From assembly GCA_963711565.1 (NCBI GenBank), contig CAVQEQ010000003.1:672001-736000 (forward strand): a stretch of 64,000 bases of DNA, in the 5' to 3' direction. Below the pieces are notes generated by a model. It had not been told where the DNA came from, ran no database searches, and was given only the letters and a program-made list of their open reading frames with translations. This stretch comes from an uncultured delta proteobacterium (GTDB lineage Bacteria; Desulfobacterota; Binatia; Binatales; Binataceae). Every line of letters begins with the position of its first letter. The first letter of the stretch is position 1. The position numbers and the translations under genes were made by a program. Of this stretch, positions 1 to 17,510 are shown one piece after another.

Positions 1-104
1 TTACCGCGTTCCATCACGATGTTCATGAACTTCGCGACGGTGCGGTCGTGATACTTGGGATCCGCCGGAATTTCGCGGACGCGTATTTGTCCTTTGCGCG
101 ACAT
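1..104 (-). CDS. rpsG: 30S ribosomal protein S7, N-terminal part (runs off window)
   Basis: Manual translation from ATG at 104: MSRKGQIRVREIPADPKYHDRTVAKFMNIVMERGK, a typical S7 N-terminus; directly downstream of rpsL. Confidence 0.93.
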   Translation of the reverse strand, partial: MSRKGQIRVREIPADPKYHDRTVAKFMNIVMERG

Positions 105-127
105 ATAACTCTACTATTCGGGTTGCT

Positions 128-499
128 TCACTTGGGTTTCTTCGACCCGTATTTCGAGCGGCCCTTGCGCCGCTCCTGCACGCCAATGGAGTCCAGCGTG
201 CCGCGAATGACGTGATAGCGGACGCCCGGCAAGTCGCGCACGCGACCGCCGCGAATCAGCACCACGGAATGCTCTTGCAGGTTGTGGCCGACGCCGGGGA
301 TGTAGGTGTTCACCTCGATCCCGTTGGACAATCGCACACGCGCAACTTTGCGGAGTGCGGAGTTCGGCTTCTTGGGCGTCGTCGTTTTCACCTGGGTGCA
401 TACGCCGCGCTTTTGCGGCGAACCTTCGAGCGCGCGCGCCTTGGTCTTGAAGCTCTTCTTCACGCGCGCTCTTCGGATCAACTGGTTTATCGTCGGCAC
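128..499 (-). CDS. rpsL: 30S ribosomal protein S12
   Basis: MPTINQL...[10 protein letters not shown]...[11 protein letters not shown] signature. Confidence 0.99.
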   Translation of the reverse strand: MPTINQLIRRARVKKSFKTKARALEGSPQKRGVCTQVKTTTPKKPNSALRKVARVRLSNGIEVNTYIPGVGHNLQEHSVVLIRGGRVRDLPGVRYHVIRGTLDSIGVQERRKGRSKYGSKKPK

Positions 500-649
500 G
501 TTACAATATTCTCAATCTAGCCACTCTCGTTCGTTTACGCTCGCGAGGCGCACCTGTTCCGCGCTCGCCCATTCTCAAAGACCGCTCGGCGCCGGCGTCA
601 TGCCCGGCCCGGTTTTTCGCCGGATTGCCCCCGTTGGGGCGCGGTGTTC

Positions 650-690
650 AAACAAACCCCCCAAGGACAACTTATGCCCTTGGGGGAAAC
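650..690 (-). terminator. Putative intrinsic terminator after rpoC
   Basis: CCCCCAAGG/CCTTGGGGG stem followed by GTTTGTTTG on the minus strand, about 30 nt after the rpoC stop. Confidence 0.55.
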
Positions 691-720
691 ATCATTATGT
701 ACGGGACCCAGCCCGCCGTG

Positions 721-4992
<4,272 letters not shown>

Positions 4993-5013
4993 CTCTTTAT
5001 AACTCCCTGGCCC

Positions 5014-9123
<4,110 letters not shown>

Positions 9124-9313
9124 CAGCTACCTCACCGTGCGTGCGCCACCTACTTCGGCGCGCCGTGAAGCAAAAGAGGACGCGGGCGCAGGAGTCTCCC
9201 CCGTGCCCACGGCTTCATCGATAAAGACCGTTTGAAATTCCCGCGCGCCTATACGTCCCGCGCCAGTTGAATTTCCCGACCCTTTGTTATGCGTCAAAAA
9301 GACTAAATCCTTC

Positions 9314-9703
9314 CTACTTAAGCTCCACGCTGCCACCGGCCGCTTCGAGCTTCTTCTTGATCTCTTCGGCTTCGGCCTTGTTGACGCCTTCCTTGACTGC
9401 CTTGGGCGCGCCGTCAACCAGGTCCTTGGCCTCTTTGAGGCCGAGTCCGGTCAATTCGCGGACGACCTTGATCACCTGGATCTTCTTGTCGCCGGAGCCC
9501 GTCAGCACGACGTTGAACTCTTCCTTCTCGGGCGCCGCCGCGGCAGCACCGCCGGCCGCCGGAGCAGCGGCCACCGCGACCGGAGCCGCAGCGGATACGC
9601 CGAGCTCGGCCTCGAGTTCCTTGACGAGAGCCGCTGCGTCGATCAGGCTCAGGTTCTTCAGATAATCCTTCACCTGATCGCGGCTGAGTTGTGCTTCTGA
9701 CAT
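9314..9703 (-). CDS. rplL: 50S ribosomal protein L7/L12
   Basis: Ala-rich hinge; [23 protein letters not shown]. Confidence 0.99.
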   Translation of the reverse strand: MSEAQLSRDQVKDYLKNLSLIDAAALVKELEAELGVSAAAPVAVAAAPAAGGAAAAAPEKEEFNVVLTGSGDKKIQVIKVVRELTGLGLKEAKDLVDGAPKAVKEGVNKAEAEEIKKKLEAAGGSVELK

Positions 9704-9836
9704 GTTACCTTCTCTCCTTGTTCACGCATCCGGGGAGATTGTGGGAGCGCCCCAGGATTCTAATTTTTCACTCGACGGGATCGTTTAACTTAATCATTCG
9801 CGCGCGTTCTGCACGCGACCAAAATCAACCTTCTCT

Positions 9837-10433
9837 TCAAGCCTCAGGCGGAGCAGCCGGAGCCGCCGGCGCTTCAGGGGCCGGTTCCGATGAAGCCGCC
9901 GCTGGAGGCGGAGCGCCAGCGCCGTTCTTTTTTCCAATCGCGTCGATCACGCGCGCCAGGTACGAGCCCGGCTCGTTGAGCAGGCGGACTAATTGTGTCG
10001 CCGGCGCATTGAGCAACCCGAGCAACTGGCCGAAAATCACTTCCCGCGACGGCAGTTTCGACAGCGCCTCGACTTCCGCCGGGGTCAGCGCCTTGCCGTC
10101 GAGCACGGCGCCGCGCAGTTTCAGCTTGTCGCCGAGAGGCCCGAACGACGTGAAGGTCTTCGCCAGTACGACGGGATCCTCGTAACTGAGGATCAACCCG
10201 ACCTGACCGCCGAGGTTGCTGTCGAGCGCCTCGAACTTCGTGCCCTTGATCGCGTGGCGCACGAGAGTGTTCTTGGCAATGCGCATCTCGCCGCGCACCG
10301 CGCGCAGCCGCTTGCGCATCTCGGTCGATTCCGCCGCGGTCATCCCGCGGTACTCCGACACGAGCGCGATACTGGCGCGGTTGAAACTGCCCGCGAGATC
10401 TTCGACCAGCGCGGTTTTCTCTGATTTCTTCAT
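9837..10433 (-). CDS. rplJ: 50S ribosomal protein L10 with Pro/Ala-rich C-terminal tail
   Basis: YRGMT..LR..KNTL, LSKLPSRE motifs; located between rplA and rplL. Confidence 0.97.
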   Translation of the reverse strand: MKKSEKTALVEDLAGSFNRASIALVSEYRGMTAAESTEMRKRLRAVRGEMRIAKNTLVRHAIKGTKFEALDSNLGGQVGLILSYEDPVVLAKTFTSFGPLGDKLKLRGAVLDGKALTPAEVEALSKLPSREVIFGQLLGLLNAPATQLVRLLNEPGSYLARVIDAIGKKNGAGAPPPAAASSEPAPEAPAAPAAPPEA

Positions 10434-10477
10434 TATACTGATCCAGCCCCAACGAACGAAAAACCAATCATCTTATG

Positions 10478-11191
10478 TTATGCCGCTGCCGCGAGCGCCT
10501 TGGCCGCCGCCTGCGCCGTGTCGATACGGACGCCGGGGCCCATCGTCAACGACAGGGCGAGGCTGCGAACGTAGTTGCCCTTGGCGCTGGCGGGCTTGGA
10601 GCGAACGATCGCACCGAGCAGCGCGCGCACGTTGTCTAGCAGCTTCTGATCGCCGAAACTCAGTTTGCCGACGCGCGCGTGCACGACGCCGGCCTTGTCC
10701 ACGCGATAATCGACCTTGCCGGCCTTGATTTCGGCGACGGCTTTCGCCACGTCGAAGGTGACGGTGCCGACCTTGGGATTGGGCATCAGGCCGCGGGGTC
10801 CGAGAATTTTGCCGATCCGTCCGACCTGGCCCATCATGTCGGGCGTCGCGATGACGCGGTCGAAGTCGAGCCAGTTCTCTTCCTGAATCTTTTTGATGAT
10901 CTCTTCGCCGCCGACGAAATCCGCACCCGCCTCGCGAGCCTCGCGCTCTTTCTCACCCTTGGCGACGACCAGCACGCGCGCGGTCGAGCCGGTGCCGTGC
11001 GGCAGCACGATTGTGCCGCGGACGTTCTGGTCGGCCTGGCGGGGATCGACGCCGAGCCGCACCGCAATCTCGACGGTCTCGTCGAACTTGGCGAGCTTAT
11101 TATCGACCACGAGCTTGACCGCTTCTTCGAGGGTGTAGCGCTTTTCGCGATCGATCTTTTTCAGCGCTTCCTTGTATTTCTTGCCAGCCAT
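10478..11191 (-). CDS. rplA: 50S ribosomal protein L1
   Basis: [29 protein letters not shown]. Confidence 0.99.
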   Translation of the reverse strand: MAGKKYKEALKKIDREKRYTLEEAVKLVVDNKLAKFDETVEIAVRLGVDPRQADQNVRGTIVLPHGTGSTARVLVVAKGEKEREAREAGADFVGGEEIIKKIQEENWLDFDRVIATPDMMGQVGRIGKILGPRGLMPNPKVGTVTFDVAKAVAEIKAGKVDYRVDKAGVVHARVGKLSFGDQKLLDNVRALLGAIVRSKPASAKGNYVRSLALSLTMGPGVRIDTAQAAAKALAAAA

Positions 11192-11204
11192 TTTTTTCAG
11201 AGCC

Positions 11205-11630
11205 TCAGTCGGAAACTTCGATGCCCATGCTTCGCGCCGTGCCGGAGACCGTGTTGACGGCGGCGGCGAGATCGGCCGCGGTCAGATCTTTCAGTTTGGT
11301 CTTGGCGATTTCCTCGACCTGTGCGCGCGTGACCTTGCCGACTTTGTTCTTATTCGGCATCGGCGAGCCTTTTTCGATCCCCGCCGCGCGCAGCAGCAGG
11401 ATCGACGCGGGCGGGCTCTTGGTGACAAACGTGAACGAGCGGTCGGCATAGACGGTGACGATTACCGGGATGACGAGGCCGTTCATGTTCTGGGTCTGCG
11501 CGTTGAAGGCCTTGCAGAACTCCATAATATTGACGCCGCGCTGGCCCAGCGCCGGTCCCACCGGCGGCGACGGGTTGGCCGCGCCGGCCGGAATCTGCAG
11601 CTTGATCGATCCGACTACTTTCTTAGCCAT
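11205..11630 (-). CDS. rplK: 50S ribosomal protein L11
   Basis: [27 protein letters not shown]. Confidence 0.99.
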   Translation of the reverse strand: MAKKVVGSIKLQIPAGAANPSPPVGPALGQRGVNIMEFCKAFNAQTQNMNGLVIPVIVTVYADRSFTFVTKSPPASILLLRAAGIEKGSPMPNKNKVGKVTRAQVEEIAKTKLKDLTAADLAAAVNTVSGTARSMGIEVSD

Positions 11631-11731
11631 TTTTCAGTGAATCCGCTTTGTGCTCGATTTTCGACGGAAATTTCCTTAGATGTCCGCTTTGGGCAGCCTG
11701 CAGCGCGCATCAGCGATTCGATTGGTTGTCG

Positions 11732-12295
11732 TTAGGCCTTCTCTACCTGCACAAAATCGAGCTCGACCGGAGTTGCGCGGCCGAAAATCGAGATGAGAAC
11801 ACGCACTTTGCCCTTCTCCGGCTTGACTTCCTCGACGGTGCCGTTGAAGTCCTGGAACGGGCCGTCGACGACTTTGATTGCCTCGCCGACTTCGAACAGC
11901 ACTTTGGGTTTCGGGCGGAGGGCGCCCTCTTCCATCTGCTGCTCGATTTCTTGAACTTCGGACATCGGCACTTCGGGCGGGTTGGTGGAATGCCCGACGA
12001 AGCCCGTAATTTTCGGCGTATCCTTGATTACGTGCCAGGTCTCGTCGTCGAGCACCATCTGCACGAAAATATATCCGGGAAAAAATTTGCGGCTCGACAC
12101 CTTGCGCGCGCCGCCTTTGCCGAGCTCCTGCACACGCTCGATCGGGACCAGCACCTTGCCGATTTTTTCTTCCTTGTGGAGCGAGCGCACCCGCTCTTCG
12201 AGCGCGGCCTTGGCCTTGTGCTCGTAGCCCGAGTAGGTGTGGACGATATACCACTTCATCGCAGGCTTGGCGGTTTCGGTAATCGGTTCAGTCAT
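11732..12295 (-). CDS. nusG: Transcription termination/antitermination factor NusG
   Basis: WYIVHTYSGYE, FFPGYIFV, KOW motif GPFQDFNG, IFGRATPVEL; start placed at ATG 12295. Confidence 0.97.
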   Translation of the reverse strand: MTEPITETAKPAMKWYIVHTYSGYEHKAKAALEERVRSLHKEEKIGKVLVPIERVQELGKGGARKVSSRKFFPGYIFVQMVLDDETWHVIKDTPKITGFVGHSTNPPEVPMSEVQEIEQQMEEGALRPKPKVLFEVGEAIKVVDGPFQDFNGTVEEVKPEKGKVRVLISIFGRATPVELDFVQVEKA

Positions 12296-12331
12296 CGAAG
12301 TCAGCAGGTCCACGTCCCCGGTCGTTGTTCC

Positions 12332-12535
12332 CTAGCGGAGCAGCATCTGCACGCCGCGCACCGCGAAAAAATCGATCACTCCAAGCCACAAAGCCATCAC
12401 AAACGTCAGACCGACAACCACCACCGTGGCCTGCATGGTCTCCTTGGGCGAGGGGTAATGGACCTTGGCAAGCTCCGTCCACGCTTCTGTGACGAAACTT
12501 ACGCCCTGATTGAAGTAACTTTTCAGACTATTCAT
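12332..12535 (-). CDS. secE: Preprotein translocase subunit SecE
   Basis: ELAKVHYPS motif plus a single TM helix; between tRNA-Trp and nusG. Confidence 0.93.
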   Translation of the reverse strand: MNSLKSYFNQGVSFVTEAWTELAKVHYPSPKETMQATVVVVGLTFVMALWLGVIDFFAVRGVQMLLR

Positions 12536-12589
12536 TTTTCGTGCCTAACGCAAGAACCGCTTAATTGTTTCGAAAATCATCGTAAATTT

Positions 12590-12666
12590 TGGCGGGCCAG
12601 CCAGGGGTCGAACCTGGAACCCTCGGATTTGGAGTCCGATGCTCTGCCAATTGGAGCTACTGACCC
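12590..12666 (-). tRNA. trnW: tRNA-Trp (CCA)
   Basis: GGGTCAG/CTGGCCC acceptor stem, anticodon loop CT-CCA-AA, GGTTCGA T-loop, encoded 3' CCA. Confidence 0.96.
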
Positions 12667-12729
12667 GGTTTTCAATGTACTGTCGCGCGTCGAGGTTTAG
12701 TCGACCCCGAACACATGAACCTCACACCA

Positions 12730-12885
12730 TCAGGTGACTTTTCCTTCTTTGTGTACGGTGTGGGCGCGGCATTTCGAACAGAATTTTTTGATCGCAAACT
12801 TGTCGGTCTGCGTCTTCTTGTTCTTGGTCGTCGTGTAGTTGCGCGATTTGCAGGTGTCGCACGAAAGCGAAATCAGATCTCTCAT
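12730..12885 (-). CDS. rpmG: 50S ribosomal protein L33, Zn-binding (CxxC...CxxC) type
   Basis: Not in the ORF track; manual translation MRDLISLSCDTCKSRNYTTTKNKKTQTDKFAIKKFCSKCRAHTVHKEGKVT. Confidence 0.96.
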   Translation of the reverse strand: MRDLISLSCDTCKSRNYTTTKNKKTQTDKFAIKKFCSKCRAHTVHKEGKVT

Positions 12886-12960
12886 TATGATACGCCTCGA
12901 AAAAAATTAGCTCACTTCCAAAAAACTTCGTTGCGCTGAATCGTCTGCACAAATCTGGAA

Positions 12961-13033
<73 letters not shown>

Positions 13034-13083
13034 ATTTCAATTCATCACTCAACCGGCGCACGTTCGTGTTTCACTGAAAAATG

Positions 13084-13159
13084 TGGAGCGGGAAACGGGA
13101 CTCGAACCCGCGACCCCGAGCTTGGAAGGCTCGCGCTCTACCAACTGAGCTATTCCCGC
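13084..13159 (-). tRNA. trnG: tRNA-Gly (TCC)
   Basis: GCGGGAATAGCTCAG...CT-TCC-AA...TTCCCGCTCCA, 76 nt. Confidence 0.96.
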
Positions 13160-13186
13160 TCTCCCCATCCGAACCCATCATTATAC

Positions 13187-13272
13187 TGGTGGAGAGGGAA
13201 GGATTCGAACCTTCGAAGGCATAAGCCGGCAGATTTACAGTCTGCTCCCTTTGTCCACTCGGGAACCTCTCC
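13187..13272 (-). tRNA. trnY: tRNA-Tyr (GTA)
   Basis: GGAGAGG acceptor stem, CT-GTA-AA loop, long variable arm, encoded CCA. Confidence 0.96.
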
Positions 13273-13295
13273 CGCCAAGGCGATAATGCCGACCA

Positions 13296-13367
13296 AGCCG
13301 ATGGCGAGAATCGAACTCGCAACCACCTGATTACAAATCAGGTGCTCTTCCGTTGAGCTACATCGGC
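13296..13367 (-). tRNA. trnT: tRNA-Thr (TGT)
   Basis: GCCGATG/CATCGGC stem, TT-TGT-AA loop, GTTCGA; no encoded CCA. Confidence 0.94.
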
Positions 13368-13393
13368 AAACAACGAAACACGTTAAGAAGGAA

Positions 13394-13422
13394 AAGCTAT
13401 TCGGCGGCGGTACGACTGTCAA
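13394..13422 (-). promoter_or_regulatory. Sigma70-type promoter of the tRNA/ribosomal operon
   Basis: TTGACA-17 bp-TAGCTT, 26 nt upstream of tRNA-Thr(TGT). Confidence 0.75.
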
Positions 13423-13658
13423 GCTGAACGGGTTTTGGGGTCTGCTTCTTGCATTGCTGTGGGCCGATTCTCGACGCCTGCGCCCGGGCCTTCCCGGTCC
13501 CACCGTGCGGGCGATCGCGCGCGAGGATTCCTGAAAAGTCCAGAGGGGCCCGCTCACGATCGCGGTTGACAATAACGGCGACAAGACTCAGCCTGAAAGT
13601 TCCCTACGTAACACCGCGATACTTGCGGCTATGCACGTCAATCGGGAACAGTGATTCT

Positions 13659-14015
13659 ATGCCGAAAGCCAAACCTACCAGCAGCACCCTGATGGATCTC
13701 GAATGGGCCCGGGTCTATGCGGACCGGATCAAGGACGAGCTGAAGCTGATCGCCAAGACGCTCTCAGACCTAAACGCGCACGCGATGCATCCGCATCTCG
13801 TCAAGGGCGCGGTGGCGTTGAAGGCGCAGATGAAAGAGGCCAGTCAGCAGGTTGGCACGATGAGAAAAATCGCGGGCCAATACGAATCCAACTGGATGAA
13901 CACGATCAAGAAGGCGCTGGCCAGGAAATATCCCGGTTTCAACGACGGTAAACCCGGGCGAGCTGCGCCGTCAACAAAAAAAACGGCGAGATCGCGGCCC
14001 GCGCGCAAATCTTAG
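13659..14015 (+). CDS. Hypothetical basic, helical protein (118 aa)
   Basis: ORF with coding-like codon use and a Lys/Arg-rich tail; converges on the patatin gene with a 4-bp overlap. Confidence 0.6.
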   Translation: MPKAKPTSSTLMDLEWARVYADRIKDELKLIAKTLSDLNAHAMHPHLVKGAVALKAQMKEASQQVGTMRKIAGQYESNWMNTIKKALARKYPGFNDGKPGRAAPSTKKTARSRPARKS

Positions 14016-15529
14016 GAGTTGCCAGGCCACCGCCCCGGGTCGGGACAGACAATCTTCTGCGCCGCCATCGGATTGGAAACCTTGGTCGGGTCGTTGCAGG
14101 CTGAGGCCGAATCGGGGTGGCCGGCGGCCTCATTTTCGATATCCGCAAGCATGCATCGGAACTCGGGATCGTTCTTGAGAAGAACGCAGCCCATGTTGAT
14201 CAGCGCCTTCACTTGATCGGACGGTAAGTCGAAGTTTGTGCCGATGCCGTAAAAATCCTGGCGCACGCGTGGATCGGGAATTGCCTCGAAGCTGAGCTCG
14301 ATCACGTACGGAACGGGGGCATGAAGTTTCAGCTTTCCTCCCGATTGTGCGCTGACCTCCTCGGCTTGCTTCAACTCGTCGGCCAACTCGTTTGTGAAAT
14401 CGACAGTGTCAAAGCTGTAGTTGTCCATCGCGATCGTTGCGGTAGCCATCGCGACCGTCGGGATGATGTGCGGCGTATGACGGCTGTTGCTGATCGTGTC
14501 GTTCGACTGCGTTCTTGCATTCACGGCGATGACTACGAGGCGGTCGATATCGGGAATGTTGCGACTGATGAAGCCGTTGCTTTGTTCGTATGCGTTGATG
14601 ATCGATCTAAGTCCTATGTTGTCCGCGAGGCCCCCGTCCATCAGATGGACGTACGGATGAGGCGTATCGACATAGGCTAGCTGGGCTTGCGACCAGTAAT
14701 AGCGGCTGCGATTGATGTAGTAGTCCTGTAACCCGGTCTGATATTCGGTCAACACAGGGAATCCTTGAAGCGGCTGATAGTTCTCCAGCGTTATAGGACT
14801 AAGCAGGAACGGAAAGGCCGAGGATGCGGCCACGGCGCGCGCAACCGGGTAAGGACCCAGGTCGGAACCTATCAAATCGAATTGATCCTGGGTGAATGGG
14901 AATCGATTACCCGAACCGATATTGGTCGCGTTGAAAATTACGAACGGACGGCGCTTCTGGCTTATCAACAGGTTGTAGCTCGAGTGATCGAACAGAGCGT
15001 CGTCGTACATATCGGCAGCCAGATCTATTCTGCTGTAGTAGGGAGACAGCAGCCAGGGCCAGTTCCATGGAGAGAGAGCCTTGAGGAGAAGGCCGCCTTC
15101 GATGTTGCGATAAAGGAAGCGGCTCTCGAAGTCCTGGAAGATCCTGTCGTGATAAAGAGCGTAGTATGCGGCAGGAAAAGACCCGCCGGAGACCGATGAG
15201 ATGCAATCCACCTCGCCCAGCAGATTTTCGCCCTTGTGCGGCCAATCGATGTGCGTTTGACGCAGCGCCAGCATCGCACCATAGGCAAGCGCGGCAGCCC
15301 GCGTGCCGCCGCCCGAGAACGCCAGGCATACAAAAAGCTTGTTCTCGTCCTTGCCGCCTGCCAGGTTTTCGAACCTATAGCCCTGACCGTCGCCACCCGC
15401 AGTGGGAAGCTGATCGGTGCGCAATTTTGTGGTCGCCGTCGCGCACGAAATTGCAGCTATCGAAAGACATAGCGAGGCGAATCGCACTATGCCGGAGCGC
15501 CAGCTTGGGAGGCACTCGACGGCGCTCAT
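14012..15529 (-). CDS. Patatin-like phospholipase, probable lipoprotein
   Basis: SGGGTRAA oxyanion motif, SVSGGS nucleophile, DGGLADN; N-terminal LSIAAIS-C lipobox-like signal. Confidence 0.88.
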   Translation of the reverse strand: MSAVECLPSWRSGIVRFASLCLSIAAISCATATTKLRTDQLPTAGGDGQGYRFENLAGGKDENKLFVCLAFSGGGTRAAALAYGAMLALRQTHIDWPHKGENLLGEVDCISSVSGGSFPAAYYALYHDRIFQDFESRFLYRNIEGGLLLKALSPWNWPWLLSPYYSRIDLAADMYDDALFDHSSYNLLISQKRRPFVIFNATNIGSGNRFPFTQDQFDLIGSDLGPYPVARAVAASSAFPFLLSPITLENYQPLQGFPVLTEYQTGLQDYYINRSRYYWSQAQLAYVDTPHPYVHLMDGGLADNIGLRSIINAYEQSNGFISRNIPDIDRLVVIAVNARTQSNDTISNSRHTPHIIPTVAMATATIAMDNYSFDTVDFTNELADELKQAEEVSAQSGGKLKLHAPVPYVIELSFEAIPDPRVRQDFYGIGTNFDLPSDQVKALINMGCVLLKNDPEFRCMLADIENEAAGHPDSASACNDPTKVSNPMAAQKIVCPDPGRWPGNS

Positions 15530-15753
15530 GATTGTGTAATCTTGCTAAAATAAATTTCGCAGGGTTGGAGCACCGTCGTATTATCCAATTGGATCCCGGT
15601 AACTCCCGGCGGCGCGTAGTCCGATGGCGGCGCGAGCGAGATATCATAAGTACCGGCTTCAAGCATCAGAATTTGGTTGGTCATCCATGCTCCGGGCGCA
15701 GAATTTACTATCACGCCGCGATCTTCATCGAACCAAACAATCAGGTATTCCAC
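15526..15753 (-). CDS. Small hypothetical beta-rich protein (possibly PEGA-like)
   Basis: AGGAG RBS, ATGA overlap with patatin, LEAGTYDISL segment. Confidence 0.65.
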   Translation of the reverse strand: MEYLIVWFDEDRGVIVNSAPGAWMTNQILMLEAGTYDISLAPPSDYAPPGVTGIQLDNTTVLQPCEIYFSKITQS

Positions 15754-15861
15754 GCAGGTCTCCTATCGGGCCCCATGCGATCGAACTATGCGCAAATTCC
15801 GACCTATCGGACCGACGGCTTCAATTCTAAGTGAGATTCAAGTGCGCCGGGCGGCGTCATC

Positions 15862-16347
15862 CTAGCCAGACTGGAGCATCTGCCATACTGCGCTGAAAGC
15901 CTGCTGGACGACCGCTGCGTCGATCTGATCACATTGCACATTCACTGTCGCGTCTGTGGACAGATCGCCGGAATAGGACTTGCCGTCAGGGTAAGCCACC
16001 GTCAGTCCCGCACCGCAGAGCGCATCGGTGGCCGGATCCGCCATTTGGAGATACTCCTGATTTTCCGGGCCTACCGCGATCTCGACGATTTTCGTCTTCG
16101 GCGGAATATCAGGATCTGCAACTCGTTCGATCGTGTCGAAGCCGGCAGCCACAAACCCTGCTCTTACCCGCGGAGCGTTAGCCGGATCGCATTGGACTTC
16201 CAGTGAACCGCCGTCCGCCACGTCGCCTCGCGACGGTAGACCGCCCGGGAAGGGCTGCGTTAGGCCGGCCCCGCATATTGCGGTGGCCGCAATTCCGGCG
16301 AGTTGGAGATCCATTTCTTTGTCGCGGATTACCGTAAGAATCATCAT
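15862..16347 (-). CDS. Hypothetical protein with an internal two-fold repeat
   Basis: AAGGAG RBS before ATG 16347; two copies of CGAGLT...GD...VQCD. Confidence 0.7.
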   Translation of the reverse strand: MMILTVIRDKEMDLQLAGIAATAICGAGLTQPFPGGLPSRGDVADGGSLEVQCDPANAPRVRAGFVAAGFDTIERVADPDIPPKTKIVEIAVGPENQEYLQMADPATDALCGAGLTVAYPDGKSYSGDLSTDATVNVQCDQIDAAVVQQAFSAVWQMLQSG

Positions 16348-16443
16348 TTTGCGACTCCTTCGCCCAGTTTGAACAGATCGGCGCCGCGCGGTGACCGTTT
16401 GTAAGAATGCCCTATCAAATGGGCAGGCGAGCGCCAATCGATA

Positions 16444-17376
16444 TCAGATGGAAGCGGGCCTGAGACCGTTTTCTAGGAAGGGAGTTTCGCGGCGGCGGGC
16501 GATTTCGAACAGCGCTACCGCGGCGGCGACCGATACGTTGAGCGAGCCGACTTTGCCGCGCATCGGGATGTCCACGACGAAGTCCGCGCCCTTCCTGACG
16601 ATGTCGCGGACGCCGCGCCCCTCGGAACCGACGATGATCGCGAGCTTGCGCGAGGTGTCGAGCGCGTAGATCGATGTCTCGCCGCCGGGCGCGAGCGCCG
16701 CGGTCCAGTAGCCCGCCTCCTTAAGTTGCTCGATCGTGCGCGCGACGTTGCCGCATCGCGCGATCTTCAAATGTATCCACGCGCCGGCCGACGACTTGAC
16801 CGCCGCGGGCGTGATGCCCGCCGTGCGGTCCTTGGCGATCACGATCGCGCCGACGCCGGCGCCTTCCGCCGATCGCATCAGCGCGCCCAGGTTGCGCGGA
16901 TCGGTGACGCCGTCAACCAGCACGATCGGGTCGGGCTGATCGGCGAGAATCTGTTCGAGCGTCATGTATTCGTACTCGCGCATCAGAGCCGCGATTCCCT
17001 GATGGCGCGCGGCCGGTCCCGCGAGCCGCTCCAAGCCGGCGTCGTCGGCGAACTCGACGCGGCCGCCGCCGGTTCTGACCAGATCGATCTCGGCTGAGAA
17101 GCGCCGCTCATCGCCGGATTTCACATAGAGCACTCGAATCGAGGCGGGCGCCGCGGCGACCAGCTCGCGGATCGGCTCGACGCCGTAAACGATCTCGCGA
17201 TCGTTGCTGCTCGTGCGACGCGGCTCGCGCGCGTCAGCGTCGGGGCGTCGATAATCGCGCGCGGGGGCCGGCGCTGGCGCGGGTTTGGGCGATGATGCAG
17301 GCGAATCCCGTCGTGGCGGACGCGGTGCGTTGCGGTTGAAGCGCGGATGGCGGTCCTTGTCGCGAAAGTCTCTCAT
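16444..17376 (-). CDS. rlmB: 23S rRNA (G2251-2'-O)-methyltransferase RlmB (TrmH/SPOUT family)
   Basis: HQGI, DGVTDPRNLGALMRSA, GSEGRG, IPMRGKVGSLNVSVAA; start placed at ATG 17376. Confidence 0.92.
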   Translation of the reverse strand: MRDFRDKDRHPRFNRNAPRPPRRDSPASSPKPAPAPAPARDYRRPDADAREPRRTSSNDREIVYGVEPIRELVAAAPASIRVLYVKSGDERRFSAEIDLVRTGGGRVEFADDAGLERLAGPAARHQGIAALMREYEYMTLEQILADQPDPIVLVDGVTDPRNLGALMRSAEGAGVGAIVIAKDRTAGITPAAVKSSAGAWIHLKIARCGNVARTIEQLKEAGYWTAALAPGGETSIYALDTSRKLAIIVGSEGRGVRDIVRKGADFVVDIPMRGKVGSLNVSVAAAVALFEIARRRETPFLENGLRPASI

Positions 17377-17510
17377 TGGAGGCGATAGTAGCAGAGCGGC
17401 GCGCGAGTAGCGCGCAGAACGCGGGCACGGCGGCCCGCGCCACTTGGAAGGACGGCCCGCGCCACTGGAAAGAAATCCCCCGCCGCTGGGAAGGAGTTTC
17501 AATCTCGCGT

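Noticed and set aside
13368-16440. tRNA-integrated prophage or integrative element
   Set aside because: The block lies 5' of the tRNAs, with no integrase, phage genes or duplicated tRNA 3' end seen
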